A DNA stretch of 64,000 bases, from positions 1,248,001 through 1,312,000 of the forward strand of contig OY970178.1 in the NCBI GenBank assembly GCA_963707915.1, given 5' to 3'. Below are positions 1-10,220 of the stretch, in pieces. The stretch's first letter is position 1, and each line of letters starts with the position of its first letter. The position numbers were made by a program, and so were the translations under genes. The notes beneath the pieces were generated by a model. That model was not told the DNA's origin. It searched no databases and saw nothing but the letters and a program-made list of their open reading frames with translations. Source of the stretch: Candidatus Eiseniibacteriota bacterium (lineage in GTDB: Bacteria; Eisenbacteria; RBG-16-71-46).

Positions 1-381
1 TGCGCCAGCCACTCCGTCCCCAGCATCGCCAGCAGCCCCGGCCCCTTCGCCAGCAGGTCCGGCACCGCCACCGGCTCCGCCGCCGCCGCCATCACGCCCC
101 GCCGCTGCGCGATGCGGATCAGCCGCAGCGTCACCAGGTAGGTCAGCAGCACCCCCAGCGCCGAGGCCAGCGCCGACATCCCGTTCACCCGCTGCGCCAC
201 GTTCCCCAGCGGCACCAGCGTCGCCACCCGGCCCAGTAGCACGTAGAACGGCGTCCCCGGCGGGTGCGGGATGCCCAGGATCTTCGAGACCGTGATGAAC
301 TCGCCCGCATCCCAGAACGGGACGGTCGGCGCCAGCGTGCGCAGGTAGACGCCCAGGGCGGCGAGGAACACCAGCAGGCCG
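1..381. repeat. Near-identical direct repeat of 3824..4204
   Basis: Aligned by eye at offset 3823 with only scattered substitutions. Confidence 0.95.
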
Positions 382-455
382 ATCAGGGGGGTCGGCTGGC
401 CCGCCCTGGGGGCGGGCGACGCGGGCGTGGTCGTGTCCTTCAAGAGTGCCTCCAT
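1..455 (-). CDS. DUF2723/TMEM260-like membrane glycosyltransferase paralog, N-terminal part (runs off window)
   Basis: Reads MEALLKDTTT...LIGLLVFLAALGVYLRTLAPTVPFWDAGEFITVSKILGIPHPPG; nt 1-381 near-identical to 3824-4204. Confidence 0.85.
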   Translation of the reverse strand, partial: MEALLKDTTTPASPAPRAGQPTPLIGLLVFLAALGVYLRTLAPTVPFWDAGEFITVSKILGIPHPPGTPFYVLLGRVATLVPLGNVAQRVNGMSALASALGVLLTYLVTLRLIRIAQRRGVMAAAAEPVAVPDLLAKGPGLLAMLGTEWLA

Positions 456-654
456 GGCCGCCGACTGCTGCACTCACCTCGGTGCTGTTCAACGAGTTGG
501 GCTGCGAGCCTACCACCGAGGGCGACCGCACGGAAGCGCGTGGCGCCGCGCGGGCCCCGCGGACCTCGATCCCGGATGCGCGCGGCCGGCCGCCCGGGCG
601 CGAGCGGCCCGGGGGACGCGGCGGGACACCCGGCGCGACCGCCCGCTCCCGCGA

Positions 655-1482
655 TCAGCAGATCGACTCCCGCTCCTTGGCGACCCGGGCCCCGCCGCCC
701 GTCCACGACGGGTCACGCTCGAACTCGAGGAAGAGATGCTTGCCGAAGAGCACCGCGGGATGGAGGTTCAGCCGCACCATCTCCCGGCCGGTCGCCCGCT
801 TGGCGCCGGGATCCAGCGCCGGGTCCCGGCGCAGGCTCGAGAGGTAGGCGTAGGCGCTGGCCAGCGCCAGCAGCGGGTACAGGAAGGCCAGCGCCAGCGA
901 CGTGCCGCTGGCGCGCACGGCGTGGATCCGCTTGATGCGCAGCCCGGCGACGCGGGCGAGGACGCGCAGCCGCTGGGCCGGGAGGAGGAAGAGATGGCCG
1001 AAGTACATCTCTCCCCGCGCGGAGAACCAGACGCCATTGAGTTCGTTCTCGGGAAGCCGGTTGTACAGATCGCTCTCGAGCAGGAGGTGACTCAGCCTCG
1101 CCCTCAGGTGGGAGGGGTTCGGGGTCGTCAGCACCAGCGTCCCGTCGCGCTTCAGGATGCGGCGCAGCTCCTGGAGGGCGAAGAGCTGGTTGGGGAGGTG
1201 CTCGATCCCCTCCTGGCAGAGCACCAGGTCGGCGTGCTCGTCGTCGATCGGCAGGGGCTTCTGCAGGTCCGCCGTACGGCAGGCGACGCCACGGGCCCGG
1301 TGGAACTCCGGGAACAGGTCGTAGGCCTCCACCCGGGCTCCCCGCTCGATCAGCAGGTCGTCGAGGTAGCCGGTCCCTGCGGGGATGTCCACGACCGTCG
1401 CGCCGGCGAGTCCCGGCATCCGGGCGAAGTGCTCGCGGACGACGTTCTTGATGTCCCCGCTCGCTCGGGAGAAGCGGAGCAT
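655..1482 (-). CDS. Class I SAM-dependent methyltransferase
   Basis: VVDIPAGTG motif I, ADLVLCQEGIEHL, LKRDGTLVLTTPN. Confidence 0.85.
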   Translation of the reverse strand: MLRFSRASGDIKNVVREHFARMPGLAGATVVDIPAGTGYLDDLLIERGARVEAYDLFPEFHRARGVACRTADLQKPLPIDDEHADLVLCQEGIEHLPNQLFALQELRRILKRDGTLVLTTPNPSHLRARLSHLLLESDLYNRLPENELNGVWFSARGEMYFGHLFLLPAQRLRVLARVAGLRIKRIHAVRASGTSLALAFLYPLLALASAYAYLSSLRRDPALDPGAKRATGREMVRLNLHPAVLFGKHLFLEFERDPSWTGGGARVAKERESIC

Positions 1483-1551
1483 GTCAGGCGCCCGAAGACG
1501 GGTCGGCGGCCGGGTCCGTGGACCCGCGGACCGCGACGGCGCAGCCCGGCC

Positions 1552-4281
1552 TCAAGGCCGGCCGGGCGGCGGGACCGGCATCGCCGAGGCCCGGGGCCTC
1601 ATCATCTGCAGGATGGCCTGCGCCTGCTGCTCCCCCGGGTTCGCCTCCACCAGCCGCTGCAGGTAGCCCAGCGCCTGCTCGGTCTGCCCCGCCTGGCCCA
1701 GCGTGTAGTAGGCGCCGTAGTACGGCCGCACGTACGTGGGATCCAGCCGGATCGCGGCGTCGAACTCCCGCAGCGCCCCGGCCAGGTCGCGCTGGAACGC
1801 CAGCGTGATGCCCAGGTAGTAGCGGACCTCCGGATTGTCGGGCCGGCGCTGCGCCAGGCCCCGGAAGAGCTCCAGCGCCTTGGCCGTGTCACGCTTCTCC
1901 ATGTAGAAGCCACCCAGCGGGATCAGCACGTCGGCGAAGTCCGGGAACATGCGCTGCACGCGCTCCATCTCCCCGATGGCGCGGTCGAGCTGGCCGCGCT
2001 GGTGGTAGACGTAGGCGAGCTGCAGATGCGCCGAGGCGTAGTTGCGCGAGAGCGTCACGGCGCTCTCGTCCTTGAACACCGTGCGATCGATCGAGCCGTC
2101 GGCCGTGAACAGACCGTCGTAGCGGAACCGGTGATACAGGTTCCGCTCCATCGCCGGCACGTCGATCGGGGCCTGCAGCGAGTCCCGGTTCACCCGGTAG
2201 ACCAGCCCCTCGAGCGTGAGGTAGGGACCGTAGCCCCGGTGGTCCGGCGCCGTCACCGCGAAGTACGGCTGCTTGATCCAGCCGGTGTCGCGCCGCGACG
2301 CCTCGATGATGTGCCCGACCATGAAGTCGTTGGTGTAGATGACGCGGCCCTCGTTGTCCTCGAAGGCCCCGCCCCCGATCCCCCGGACGACCTCGTCGGG
2401 CAGGTCGATCGGCACCTTCGGCTCCTGGTCGCGCAACTGGAAGATGTACCAGTCGGTCTGGAGCAGGGCGAGACAGACGACGCGGACGTCCTTGCGGAAG
2501 CCCTCGACCTGCTGGATGTACCACAGCGGGTAGGTGTCGTTGTCGCCGTTGGTGAACACGAACGAGTTCGGCGCCAGCGGCGCCAGGATGTTCCACGCGT
2601 AGTCCCGCGCCACCGTGTTCCGGCTGTTGTCCGAGCTGAACCACAGGTTGCGCATCACCACGAACGGCTGCACCGCCAGCAGCACCGCCGCCGCCGCCGT
2701 CGCCGTCCGCCGCGTCACCCCCGGCTCGAACGAGTCCCGGATCCACCCCACCAGCCCCACGATCCCCAGCCCCATCCAGATCGTGTACGTCAGGTAGCCG
2801 GTCGTGAAGAAGTAGTCCCGGTCCCGCACCTCCTGGTCGCTGAAGTTCAGGAACAGGATCATCCCCACCGTCGCGAACAGGAACAGCGTCAGCATGGTCA
2901 GGAACGTCACCCGCTCCCGCCGCGCCTGCCAATAGCCCCCCAGCCCCCCCAGCAGCAGCGGCAGCAGCACCTGCCACAGCCGCGGCTCGCCCTGCACCGG
3001 GATCCCGCCCTCCACCTTCAGCGTGCTCGCCAGCGGCCACTGCCGCTTCCAGTACCGCCAGAACTCCTTGTCCAGCTGCGTGCGCAGCGTCCCCCGCCGC
3101 ACGAACATGCTGGTGTGCCCGTACTGCTCGCGCTCCAGCAGCCGCTTCAGCGCCGGCCAGTCCGACGGCGTGCCCATGTTGATCGCCGGGTGCTGCGCCG
3201 CCCGGATCGGCAGGTACAGGTGCGTCGAGTAGCCCGCCGTCATCAGGAACAGCGCCAGCGCCAGGATCCGCCCCTCGCGGTGCCGCAGCGCCAGCGCCAC
3301 CACCGGCACCACCACCACCGCCACCGACACCAGCGCCGCCAGCGGCGTGAACGCCGCCGGCCCGAACGCGAAGTACGCCCCGTACAGCGCCCCCGCCGTC
3401 GCCCCCAGCGCCAGCCACGCCTCCAGCTTGCGCTGCGCCACGTAGTACCAGAACACCAGGATCGACAGCACCAGGATGATCCCCGCCATCCGCTCCAGCC
3501 CGTACGTCACCCCCAGCACCGACGCCATCGGCATCGCGAACAGCACGAACACCCGCCGGTCCACCAGCGCCAGCAGCACCAGCAGCGGCAGCCCCATCAT
3601 CCCCACCCCCAGCATCAGCCCCACCGACAGCCACATCACGTACACCGCCACCAGCAACGGCCCCACCGTCGGCCGCTGCTCGTGCGCCTCCCACCAGCGC
3701 AGCGCCAGCCACAGGATCAGCACCTGCGCCATCGCCATCTCCGAGTACGTCTCCGCCCCGGTCGCGTTGTCCCAGAAGTTGCTCGAGAACGCCAGCATCA
3801 ACGCCCCCGTCACCGCCCCCAGCTGCGCCAGCCACTCCGTCCCCAGCGTCGCCAGCAGCCCCGGCCCCTTCGCCAGCAGGTCCGGCACCGCCACCGGCTC
3901 CGCCGCCGCCGCCATCACGCCCCGCCGCTGCGCGATGCGGATCAGCCGCAGCGTCACCAGGTAGGTCAGCAGCACCCCCAGCGCCGAGGCCAGCGCCGAC
4001 ATCCCGTTCACCCGCTGCGCCACGTTCCCCAGCGGCACCAGCGTCGCCACCCGGCCCAGCAGCACGTAGAACGGCGTCCCCGGCGGGTGCGGGATGCCCA
4101 GGATCTTCGAGACCGAGATGAACTCGCCCGCGTCCCAGAACGGCGCGGACGGCGCCAGCGTGCGCAGGTAGACGCCCAGGGCGGCGAGGAACACCAGCAG
4201 GCCGGCCATGAAGGTCAGGCGTCCCGGGCCCCGGTCCGTGCCGGGCACGCCGGGGGCGGTCGAAGAGGTCTTGTCCGTCAC
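1552..4281 (-). CDS. DUF2723 (TMEM260-like) multi-TM protein glycosyltransferase with C-terminal TPRs
   Basis: FWDAGEF, GIPHPPGTP, REQYG, EVRDRDYFF, FTNGDNDTYPLWY motifs; TPR-like helices at C-terminus. Confidence 0.85.
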   Translation of the reverse strand: MTDKTSSTAPGVPGTDRGPGRLTFMAGLLVFLAALGVYLRTLAPSAPFWDAGEFISVSKILGIPHPPGTPFYVLLGRVATLVPLGNVAQRVNGMSALASALGVLLTYLVTLRLIRIAQRRGVMAAAAEPVAVPDLLAKGPGLLATLGTEWLAQLGAVTGALMLAFSSNFWDNATGAETYSEMAMAQVLILWLALRWWEAHEQRPTVGPLLVAVYVMWLSVGLMLGVGMMGLPLLVLLALVDRRVFVLFAMPMASVLGVTYGLERMAGIILVLSILVFWYYVAQRKLEAWLALGATAGALYGAYFAFGPAAFTPLAALVSVAVVVVPVVALALRHREGRILALALFLMTAGYSTHLYLPIRAAQHPAINMGTPSDWPALKRLLEREQYGHTSMFVRRGTLRTQLDKEFWRYWKRQWPLASTLKVEGGIPVQGEPRLWQVLLPLLLGGLGGYWQARRERVTFLTMLTLFLFATVGMILFLNFSDQEVRDRDYFFTTGYLTYTIWMGLGIVGLVGWIRDSFEPGVTRRTATAAAAVLLAVQPFVVMRNLWFSSDNSRNTVARDYAWNILAPLAPNSFVFTNGDNDTYPLWYIQQVEGFRKDVRVVCLALLQTDWYIFQLRDQEPKVPIDLPDEVVRGIGGGAFEDNEGRVIYTNDFMVGHIIEASRRDTGWIKQPYFAVTAPDHRGYGPYLTLEGLVYRVNRDSLQAPIDVPAMERNLYHRFRYDGLFTADGSIDRTVFKDESAVTLSRNYASAHLQLAYVYHQRGQLDRAIGEMERVQRMFPDFADVLIPLGGFYMEKRDTAKALELFRGLAQRRPDNPEVRYYLGITLAFQRDLAGALREFDAAIRLDPTYVRPYYGAYYTLGQAGQTEQALGYLQRLVEANPGEQQAQAILQMMRPRASAMPVPPPGRP

Positions 4282-5303
4282 GAACTCCTCCGCATCTGTC
4301 GAGCGGCTGCACGGCGCCGGGGCGCGCGGGCCAGGAACACCAGGCCTCCCAGCAGACTGACCGCGACCGCCACGAGGTAGACGGTGAATTGTAGCGTGAA
4401 AGCCTCCGCGCGGCCCACACCCACCAGGCCGAACAGGACGATGCCCGTTCCCTCGCGCACGCCGATCCCGTTCAGCGAGATGGGCAGCGAGACCGCGATG
4501 GCGAGCAGCGGGACGAGCAGGAAGAAGAACTGCAGCCGCAGGTCGAGGCCCAGCGCGCGGGCCACCAGCACGTGCACGCCGATGCGCGCGACCTGCACCA
4601 CGATCGCCACGCCGAGCAGCCGCGCGAACAGGCCGCGGCGGTCACGGAAGTCGCGCAGCCGCCCGGCGAGGTCGTCCAGCGCCTGGTGGAACCCGCCCAG
4701 GCCGACGCGGGCCAGGCCGCGCTGCAGCACCGGCAGCGACGCGGGATGGAAGACCACCCAGGTCATGGCGACGCTGAGCGCGAAGAAGCCGACCAGCGCG
4801 AGGTAGACGGCCGAGATCGGCAGCCCCCCGACCTGATGGAAGTCCCGGAACGCGGGCAGCGTGGTGACCAGCGCGAGGCCGGCCAGCGCCAGCGTGCCGA
4901 GCAGGCGGTCCATGATCACGGTCGAGAAGGCGGCGGCGCGGCTCGGCCCGTAGCGTGCGGCGTCCAGCACGCGGGCGAAGTCGCCGCCGACGTTCGCGGG
5001 CAGGAAGTTGTTGAAGAAGAGCCCGACGTGGTAGTAGGACAGCACCTTCCAGAACGGGATGCGGATCTCGACCGCGCGCAGCAGCTGCTGCCACTGCCAG
5101 GCCCCCAGCACGTTGCTGGCGAGCAGCAGCGCGGCCGAGGCGGCCAGCCAGCCCGGATCCACGCCGCGCAGCGTCGCGCCCAGGTCGGCGAGGGGGATGC
5201 GGGCGAACAGGAAGGCCATCAGCCCCAGGCTGAAGATCACCTTGGCAGCGAGCAGCGACGCGCCGCGCCAGCCCGGCCGGCCCTCCGCGCGCGCCACGCT
5301 CAT
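4278..5303 (-). CDS. Lysylphosphatidylglycerol synthase TM / UPF0104 flippase-like protein
   Basis: GLFFNNFLPANVGGD and LPISLNGIGVREG motifs; ATG at 5303 overlaps GT4 stop. Confidence 0.85.
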   Translation of the reverse strand: MSVARAEGRPGWRGASLLAAKVIFSLGLMAFLFARIPLADLGATLRGVDPGWLAASAALLLASNVLGAWQWQQLLRAVEIRIPFWKVLSYYHVGLFFNNFLPANVGGDFARVLDAARYGPSRAAAFSTVIMDRLLGTLALAGLALVTTLPAFRDFHQVGGLPISAVYLALVGFFALSVAMTWVVFHPASLPVLQRGLARVGLGGFHQALDDLAGRLRDFRDRRGLFARLLGVAIVVQVARIGVHVLVARALGLDLRLQFFFLLVPLLAIAVSLPISLNGIGVREGTGIVLFGLVGVGRAEAFTLQFTVYLVAVAVSLLGGLVFLARAPRRRAAARQMRRSS

Positions 5304-6424
5304 CCCCTGCCGTCCGCCCCGAGCAGGGCGTCGAGCGAGCGGCGAGCACAGTCCGGCCAAGTGAAGCGCGCCGCCCGGGCGCGGCCCTCGGCCTCGAAGC
5401 GCGCGCGCAGCGCGCCGTCCTCGAGCACCCGGGCCAGCGCGTCGGCCAGGCGCGCGTCGTCCCCGTACGGCACCAGCAGCCCGGTCTGGTCCCGGCACAC
5501 CGAATCGCGCAGGCCGGGGCTGTCGGCCGCCACCACCGCGGTCCCGCAGGCGCCCGCCTCCACCACCGTGAGGCCCCAGCCCTCCTTGGGCGAGGGCTGC
5601 ACCAGCGCCCACGCCTGCTGCAGGGCCCGCACCGTCTCCGCGCGCGGCAGGAAGCCGCGGAACTCGACCGCCTCCCCCACGCCCAGGCGGCGCGCGGCCT
5701 GCACCAGCTCCGCGCGGAACGGCCCGTCCCCGATCACGACCAGCCGCGCGCCGGGCACCCGTTCGCGCACCCGCGGCATGGCGCGCATCACCCAGTCCAC
5801 GCCCTTGTAGCGGCGCAAGCGCCCGAGGAAGACGATGGTGGGCCCGGCGTCCTTCGCGACCGCCGGGTCGTGGCGATAGGTCCCGTGGTCCATGCCGCAG
5901 TGCACCACGCGGACGCGCTCCGGGGCGATCCCGCGGCGCACCAGGTCGTCCCGCGTGCTCTCCGAGATGGCGACGAACGGCGAGCGGCGGTAGACGAACG
6001 GGATGAGCCACTCGAGCAGCACGACGTAGGTCGCGACCGGGACCGAGGCCTCGAGGAACGCGGTGGCCCCGAACAGGTGCGGCACGATCGCCGCCACCGG
6101 GGCGGCCGTCCACCAGGGCGCGAAGCACGGGATCTTGTTGATGTCCTCGACCACGAGTCCGGGCGCGGGATCCGAGAACTCCCGCCGCAGCACGCCCGGC
6201 ACCACGAGGTTGAAGTTCCACCAGGTGCCGCGCCGCACGACGCGCATCCCCCGGTGCGTGGACTCGGGCGCGCCGCCCGGGAAACCGCAGGCCAGCCAGG
6301 TCACGCGCCAGCCGCGCCGCACCGCCTCGAGCAGGATCTCCTCGAGGTGCAACTCGGCCCCGCCCGCCTCGGGGTGCGCCGGGTCGCGGAAGTTGATGGC
6401 CAGCAGGTGGGGCGCGGCGCTCAT
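5300..6424 (-). CDS. Glycosyltransferase family 4
   Basis: GGAE, FLGRLRRYKG, EGWGLTVVEA motifs; start MSAAPHLL. Confidence 0.9.
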   Translation of the reverse strand: MSAAPHLLAINFRDPAHPEAGGAELHLEEILLEAVRRGWRVTWLACGFPGGAPESTHRGMRVVRRGTWWNFNLVVPGVLRREFSDPAPGLVVEDINKIPCFAPWWTAAPVAAIVPHLFGATAFLEASVPVATYVVLLEWLIPFVYRRSPFVAISESTRDDLVRRGIAPERVRVVHCGMDHGTYRHDPAVAKDAGPTIVFLGRLRRYKGVDWVMRAMPRVRERVPGARLVVIGDGPFRAELVQAARRLGVGEAVEFRGFLPRAETVRALQQAWALVQPSPKEGWGLTVVEAGACGTAVVAADSPGLRDSVCRDQTGLLVPYGDDARLADALARVLEDGALRARFEAEGRARAARFTWPDCARRSLDALLGADGRG

Positions 6425-7212
6425 GGCTTCTCGGCCACCGTGCCGATGACGTGGCAGGTGTAGAGCGCCCAGCGTCGACGGCCGAGCCGCGCGCGCAGCC
6501 CCTCCCAGCCCGACCGCCAGAAGCGCGGGCCCGCCGGCTCGAGCGGCAGGGAGACGCGCAGCGTCCGCCGGAGTCCCTCGCGCAGGACGCGGTAGCCGAG
6601 CCCCGGCACCATCCACTCGCCGTAGCTGCGCCGGGGCGCGAGACCGCTCGCCTCCAGCAGGCGCTCCAGTCCCGCGGGCGTGAACTGGGTCTCCCAGCCC
6701 GCGAACCAGCGGTTCAGCGCGATCAGGACCTGCTTCATCAGCGTGTAGGGGTGGAAGGTCTGCGGCACGTCCACGATCACGCGCCCGCCGCGCGCCGCGA
6801 CGCGGGCGTTCTCGCGCAGCAGCGGCAGCGGATCGCGGAAGTGCTCGAGCAGGCCCTGGTGGAAGACCACGTCGAAGGCGCCGTCGCGGAACGGCATGCG
6901 CAGCGCGTCGGCCTGCACCAGCAGCACCGGCACGCCCTGCTCACCGGCCTGGCGCCGCACCAGCCCGAGCGAGGCCGGGGAGTAGTCGAGCACCACCCCC
7001 ACCGCGCCCGCGCGCGCCAGGGCCAGCAGGTCGCGGCCCGAGCCGGCCCCCACCTCCATCACCCGGCGGCCCGCGACCGGCCCCTCGCGCAGCACCTCGC
7101 GGGCCAGGCGCCCGCCGGTCGAGTAGGTCCGGTCGAGGTCGGCGTGACCCTTCCAGTACGACTCCCAGTGATCCAGCGTGGACTCGCGCCGCGCGGTCGG
7201 ATCGCCCGTCAT
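6421..7212 (-). CDS. Class I SAM-dependent methyltransferase
   Basis: VMEVGAGSG, DALRMPFRDGAFDVVFHQGLLEHF. Confidence 0.85.
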   Translation of the reverse strand: MTGDPTARRESTLDHWESYWKGHADLDRTYSTGGRLAREVLREGPVAGRRVMEVGAGSGRDLLALARAGAVGVVLDYSPASLGLVRRQAGEQGVPVLLVQADALRMPFRDGAFDVVFHQGLLEHFRDPLPLLRENARVAARGGRVIVDVPQTFHPYTLMKQVLIALNRWFAGWETQFTPAGLERLLEASGLAPRRSYGEWMVPGLGYRVLREGLRRTLRVSLPLEPAGPRFWRSGWEGLRARLGRRRWALYTCHVIGTVAEKP

Positions 7213-7943
7213 CACTCCCCCCACTGCAACCGGTCGCCCAGGAAGGGCGGCAGCCCGGCGTCCAGGATGCGTTTTCGCGCCGCCAGGAGATCGTAGTCCA
7301 CGCGCACTTGGCGCACCCAGCCGCGCCCGTCGTCCCAGAGGAGATAGCCGGCGCGCGGATCGCCGTCGCGCGGCTGGCCCACGCTCGGCACGATCACCAG
7401 GAAGCGGCCACCCGGGTCGAGCGGGATCTCCGGCTCGCGGCTGAAGACGACCTCGCCGGTGACGCCGTCGAGCCGGTACGCGCCCGGCCGGTGCAGGTGC
7501 CCGACCAGGCAGAGCGGCTCGATGAACGTGTCGAACTCGGCGCGCGCCTCCCCGACCTCCAGCACGTAGTGCCAGGATCGCGGCGCGGACGGCGAGGCGT
7601 GCACCAGCAGCGCGCCCGCGTGGCGGACCGTGATGGGCAGGGACTCCAGGTAGGCCTGGCACGCGGGCGTGAGGACCGTCGCGGTCCAGCGCGCGGCCTG
7701 CGCCGCGTTGGAGCCGAAGCTCCCGAGCCGGATCCGGCCGCACACCGCCACGTCGTGGTTCCCCGCCACCGCCGCCGTGACGACCGGGCGCAGGCGCTCG
7801 ATGCATTCGTTGGGCGAGGCCCCGTAGCCCACGAAGTCGCCGAGGCAGAGGATCTCGCGGGCACCGGACCGCCCGACATCTGCGAGCACCGCCTCGAGCG
7901 CCTCGAGGTTGCTGTGGATGTCCGAGAGGACGGCGCGCAGCAT
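7212..7943 (-). CDS. Metallophosphoesterase (calcineurin-like)
   Basis: SDIHSN, LGDFVGYG, GNHD, GHLH motifs. Confidence 0.9.
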   Translation of the reverse strand: MLRAVLSDIHSNLEALEAVLADVGRSGAREILCLGDFVGYGASPNECIERLRPVVTAAVAGNHDVAVCGRIRLGSFGSNAAQAARWTATVLTPACQAYLESLPITVRHAGALLVHASPSAPRSWHYVLEVGEARAEFDTFIEPLCLVGHLHRPGAYRLDGVTGEVVFSREPEIPLDPGGRFLVIVPSVGQPRDGDPRAGYLLWDDGRGWVRQVRVDYDLLAARKRILDAGLPPFLGDRLQWGE

Positions 7944-8392
7944 CAGAGCTCTTCCGGACGCAGGCGCCGCGCCACCTGGTCGAGCACGCCGTTGACGAAG
8001 CCCCCCGACTCCGTCGAGCCGTAGCGCCGGGCCAGGTCGATGGCCTCGTCGAGCACCACCCGCGCGGGCGTGCCCGGGCGGGCCATCAGCTCCGCCACCG
8101 CGACGCGCAGGACCGACCGGTCGGTGGCGGCCAGCCGCTCGAGCGGCCAGTGCGCGCAGGCCGCGGCGAGCGTGGCGTCCACTTCGGCCCCGCGGACCTC
8201 GAGCAGCTTCACCACGTCGTCCACCAGTTCCCGCTGGTCGTCGCTCACCGTCGCGTCGGCGCCCACCGCCTTCCAGGTGGCCGCGTAGCCGTCACCCGTG
8301 AGGGCGCCCTGGTAGGCGATCTTGAACGCCAGCTCGCGGGCCTGGCGGCGCGCGGTCGTGCCCGCGCGCGACTTCCGTTCGCGATCGCTCAA
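7943..8392 (-). CDS. nusB: Transcription antitermination factor NusB
   Basis: ARRQARELA, VVLDEAIDLARRY, FVNGVLD; follows ribH; TTG start inferred from overlap. Confidence 0.9.
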   Translation of the reverse strand: MSDRERKSRAGTTARRQARELAFKIAYQGALTGDGYAATWKAVGADATVSDDQRELVDDVVKLLEVRGAEVDATLAAACAHWPLERLAATDRSVLRVAVAELMARPGTPARVVLDEAIDLARRYGSTESGGFVNGVLDQVARRLRPEEL

Positions 8393-8862
8393 GGCCGCTC
8401 CCGGCGCAGCCGCGCCATGCGGATCGCGGCCAGCGCGGTCGTGACCCCGGCATGCCCCTTCGCCCCGCCCAGCCGCGCGTCCACCTGCCCGGCGTCGTAG
8501 CAGGCCAGCACGCCGTTCAGCACCGGCACCCCGGTCGCGAGCGAGACGTCGAGCAGGCCCCGCGCGCACTGGTCCGCCACCAGGCGGAAGTGCTCGGTCT
8601 CGCCCTGGATGACGACGCCGAAGGCGAGCACCGCGTGGCAGGCGGGCGGTCCGGACGCCAGCCACTGGGCCGCGAGCGGCAGCTCGAGCGAGCCCGGCAC
8701 CCAGAGGACTTCGATCGCGTCCTGCGCCGCGCCCTGGCGGTGCAGGGTCTCGAGTGCGCCGTCCACCAGGCGCTGCACGTGCTTCTCGTTGAAGCGTGCC
8801 GCCACCACGCCGAAGCGCAGCCCGGTGGCGTCTTCCGCGGCCTGCGTCTCGTACCGGCTCAC
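8389..8862 (-). CDS. ribH: 6,7-dimethyl-8-ribityllumazine synthase
   Basis: [32 protein letters not shown]. Confidence 0.93.
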   Translation of the reverse strand: MSRYETQAAEDATGLRFGVVAARFNEKHVQRLVDGALETLHRQGAAQDAIEVLWVPGSLELPLAAQWLASGPPACHAVLAFGVVIQGETEHFRLVADQCARGLLDVSLATGVPVLNGVLACYDAGQVDARLGGAKGHAGVTTALAAIRMARLRRERP

Positions 8863-10220
8863 GTCTCCCCCAGGTGCAGGCCGAGCAGGTGGCCGAGCTT
8901 GTCGCGCTTGGTCGTGAGGTAGCGCCGGTTGTGCCGGGTCGGCCGGATCCGGATCGGCACGCGCTCGACGATGCGCAGGCCGTAGGCCTCGAGGCCCACG
9001 ACCTTGCGCGGGTTGTTGGTGAGCAACTCGATCTCGCACACCCCCAGGTCGGCCAGGATCTGTGCGCCGATGCCGTAATCGCGCAGGTCGGCCGCGAAGC
9101 CCAGCTTCACGTTGGCCTCGACCGTGTCGAGCCCCTGGTCCTGCAGCGCGTAGGCGCGCAGCTTGTTCGCCAGCCCGATGCCGCGCCCCTCCTGCCGCAG
9201 GTAGAGGAAGACACCCGAACCCCGCCGGGTGATGGCCTTCAGCGCCGCGTGCATCTGGGAGCCGCAGTCGCAGCGCTCCGAGCCGAAGACGTCCCCGGTG
9301 AGGCACTGCGAGTGCACGCGCACCAGGACCGGCCGGCTCTTCGAGATGCGTCCCCGGACCAGCGCCACGTGGTGGTCGCCCTCGAGCGTGCTCTCGTACA
9401 GGTGGAGCATGAAATCGCCCTCGGGCGTCGGCAGCGGCACCGAGACCACCCGCCGCACCAGCTTCTCCTTGTGGCGCCGGTGCTCGATCAGCTGCCGGAT
9501 CGTGAGGATGCCGAGGCCGTGCAGGCGCGCGTAGCGCTGGAGTCCCGCCAGCCGCATCATGTGGCCGTCGTCGGTGAGGATCTCGCACAGCGCGCCGACC
9601 GCGCGCAGGCCGGCGAGCCGGCACAGGTCGGTGACCGCCTCGGTGTGGCCGGCGCGGCGCAGCACCCCACCCGGCACGGCGCGCAGCGGGAAGACGTGGC
9701 CGGGGCGCACCAGGTCCGCGGAGCCCGTGCGCCGGTCGGCCAGCACGCGCAGCGTGCGCGCGCGGTCGAAGGCCGAGGTCCCGGTGGTCGTCCCGCGCCG
9801 CGCGTCCACCGACTCGGTGAAGGGCGTGCCGAACTTCGCGGTGTTGTGCTCCACCATCAACTCGAGGCCGGCGCGCTCCGCCTCGTCCGGGTCCATCGGG
9901 GCGCACAGGATCCCGCGTCCGTGCTTGAGCGCGAAGTTGACCATCTCCGGCGTGGCCTTCTCGGCGGCGAAGATGATGTCGCCCTCGTTCTCGCGGTGGG
10001 CATCATCCACCACGATGATCATCTTCCCCGCCTTGATGCGGGCCACCGCCTGCTCGACCGTGAGGCGGACGTCCGCACTCACGCCCGTGTCCGCGGCCGG
10101 GGCCGTCGCGGGTGCCGGCCGGTGCTGCGCCGCCCGCTTCGCCACCGCGGGCGCCGGCCGGGCGGCCGGGCGCTGCGCCCTCCCGCCCGCCACCTTGCGC
10201 TCCTTCATCGCGCGCTTCAC
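8859..10220 (-). CDS. ribBA: Bifunctional DHBP synthase / GTP cyclohydrolase II
   Basis: [49 protein letters not shown]. Confidence 0.96.
   Translation of the reverse strand: MKRAMKERKVAGGRAQRPAARPAPAVAKRAAQHRPAPATAPAADTGVSADVRLTVEQAVARIKAGKMIIVVDDAHRENEGDIIFAAEKATPEMVNFALKHGRGILCAPMDPDEAERAGLELMVEHNTAKFGTPFTESVDARRGTTTGTSAFDRARTLRVLADRRTGSADLVRPGHVFPLRAVPGGVLRRAGHTEAVTDLCRLAGLRAVGALCEILTDDGHMMRLAGLQRYARLHGLGILTIRQLIEHRRHKEKLVRRVVSVPLPTPEGDFMLHLYESTLEGDHHVALVRGRISKSRPVLVRVHSQCLTGDVFGSERCDCGSQMHAALKAITRRGSGVFLYLRQEGRGIGLANKLRAYALQDQGLDTVEANVKLGFAADLRDYGIGAQILADLGVCEIELLTNNPRKVVGLEAYGLRIVERVPIRIRPTRHNRRYLTTKRDKLGHLLGLHLGET

Noticed and set aside
427..4380. 1317-aa plus-strand ORF and many other long antisense or alternate-frame ORFs (e.g. 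30303..33152, 21804..24053, 46973..48958)
   Set aside because: Shadows of real genes caused by high GC3; low-complexity translations with no motifs
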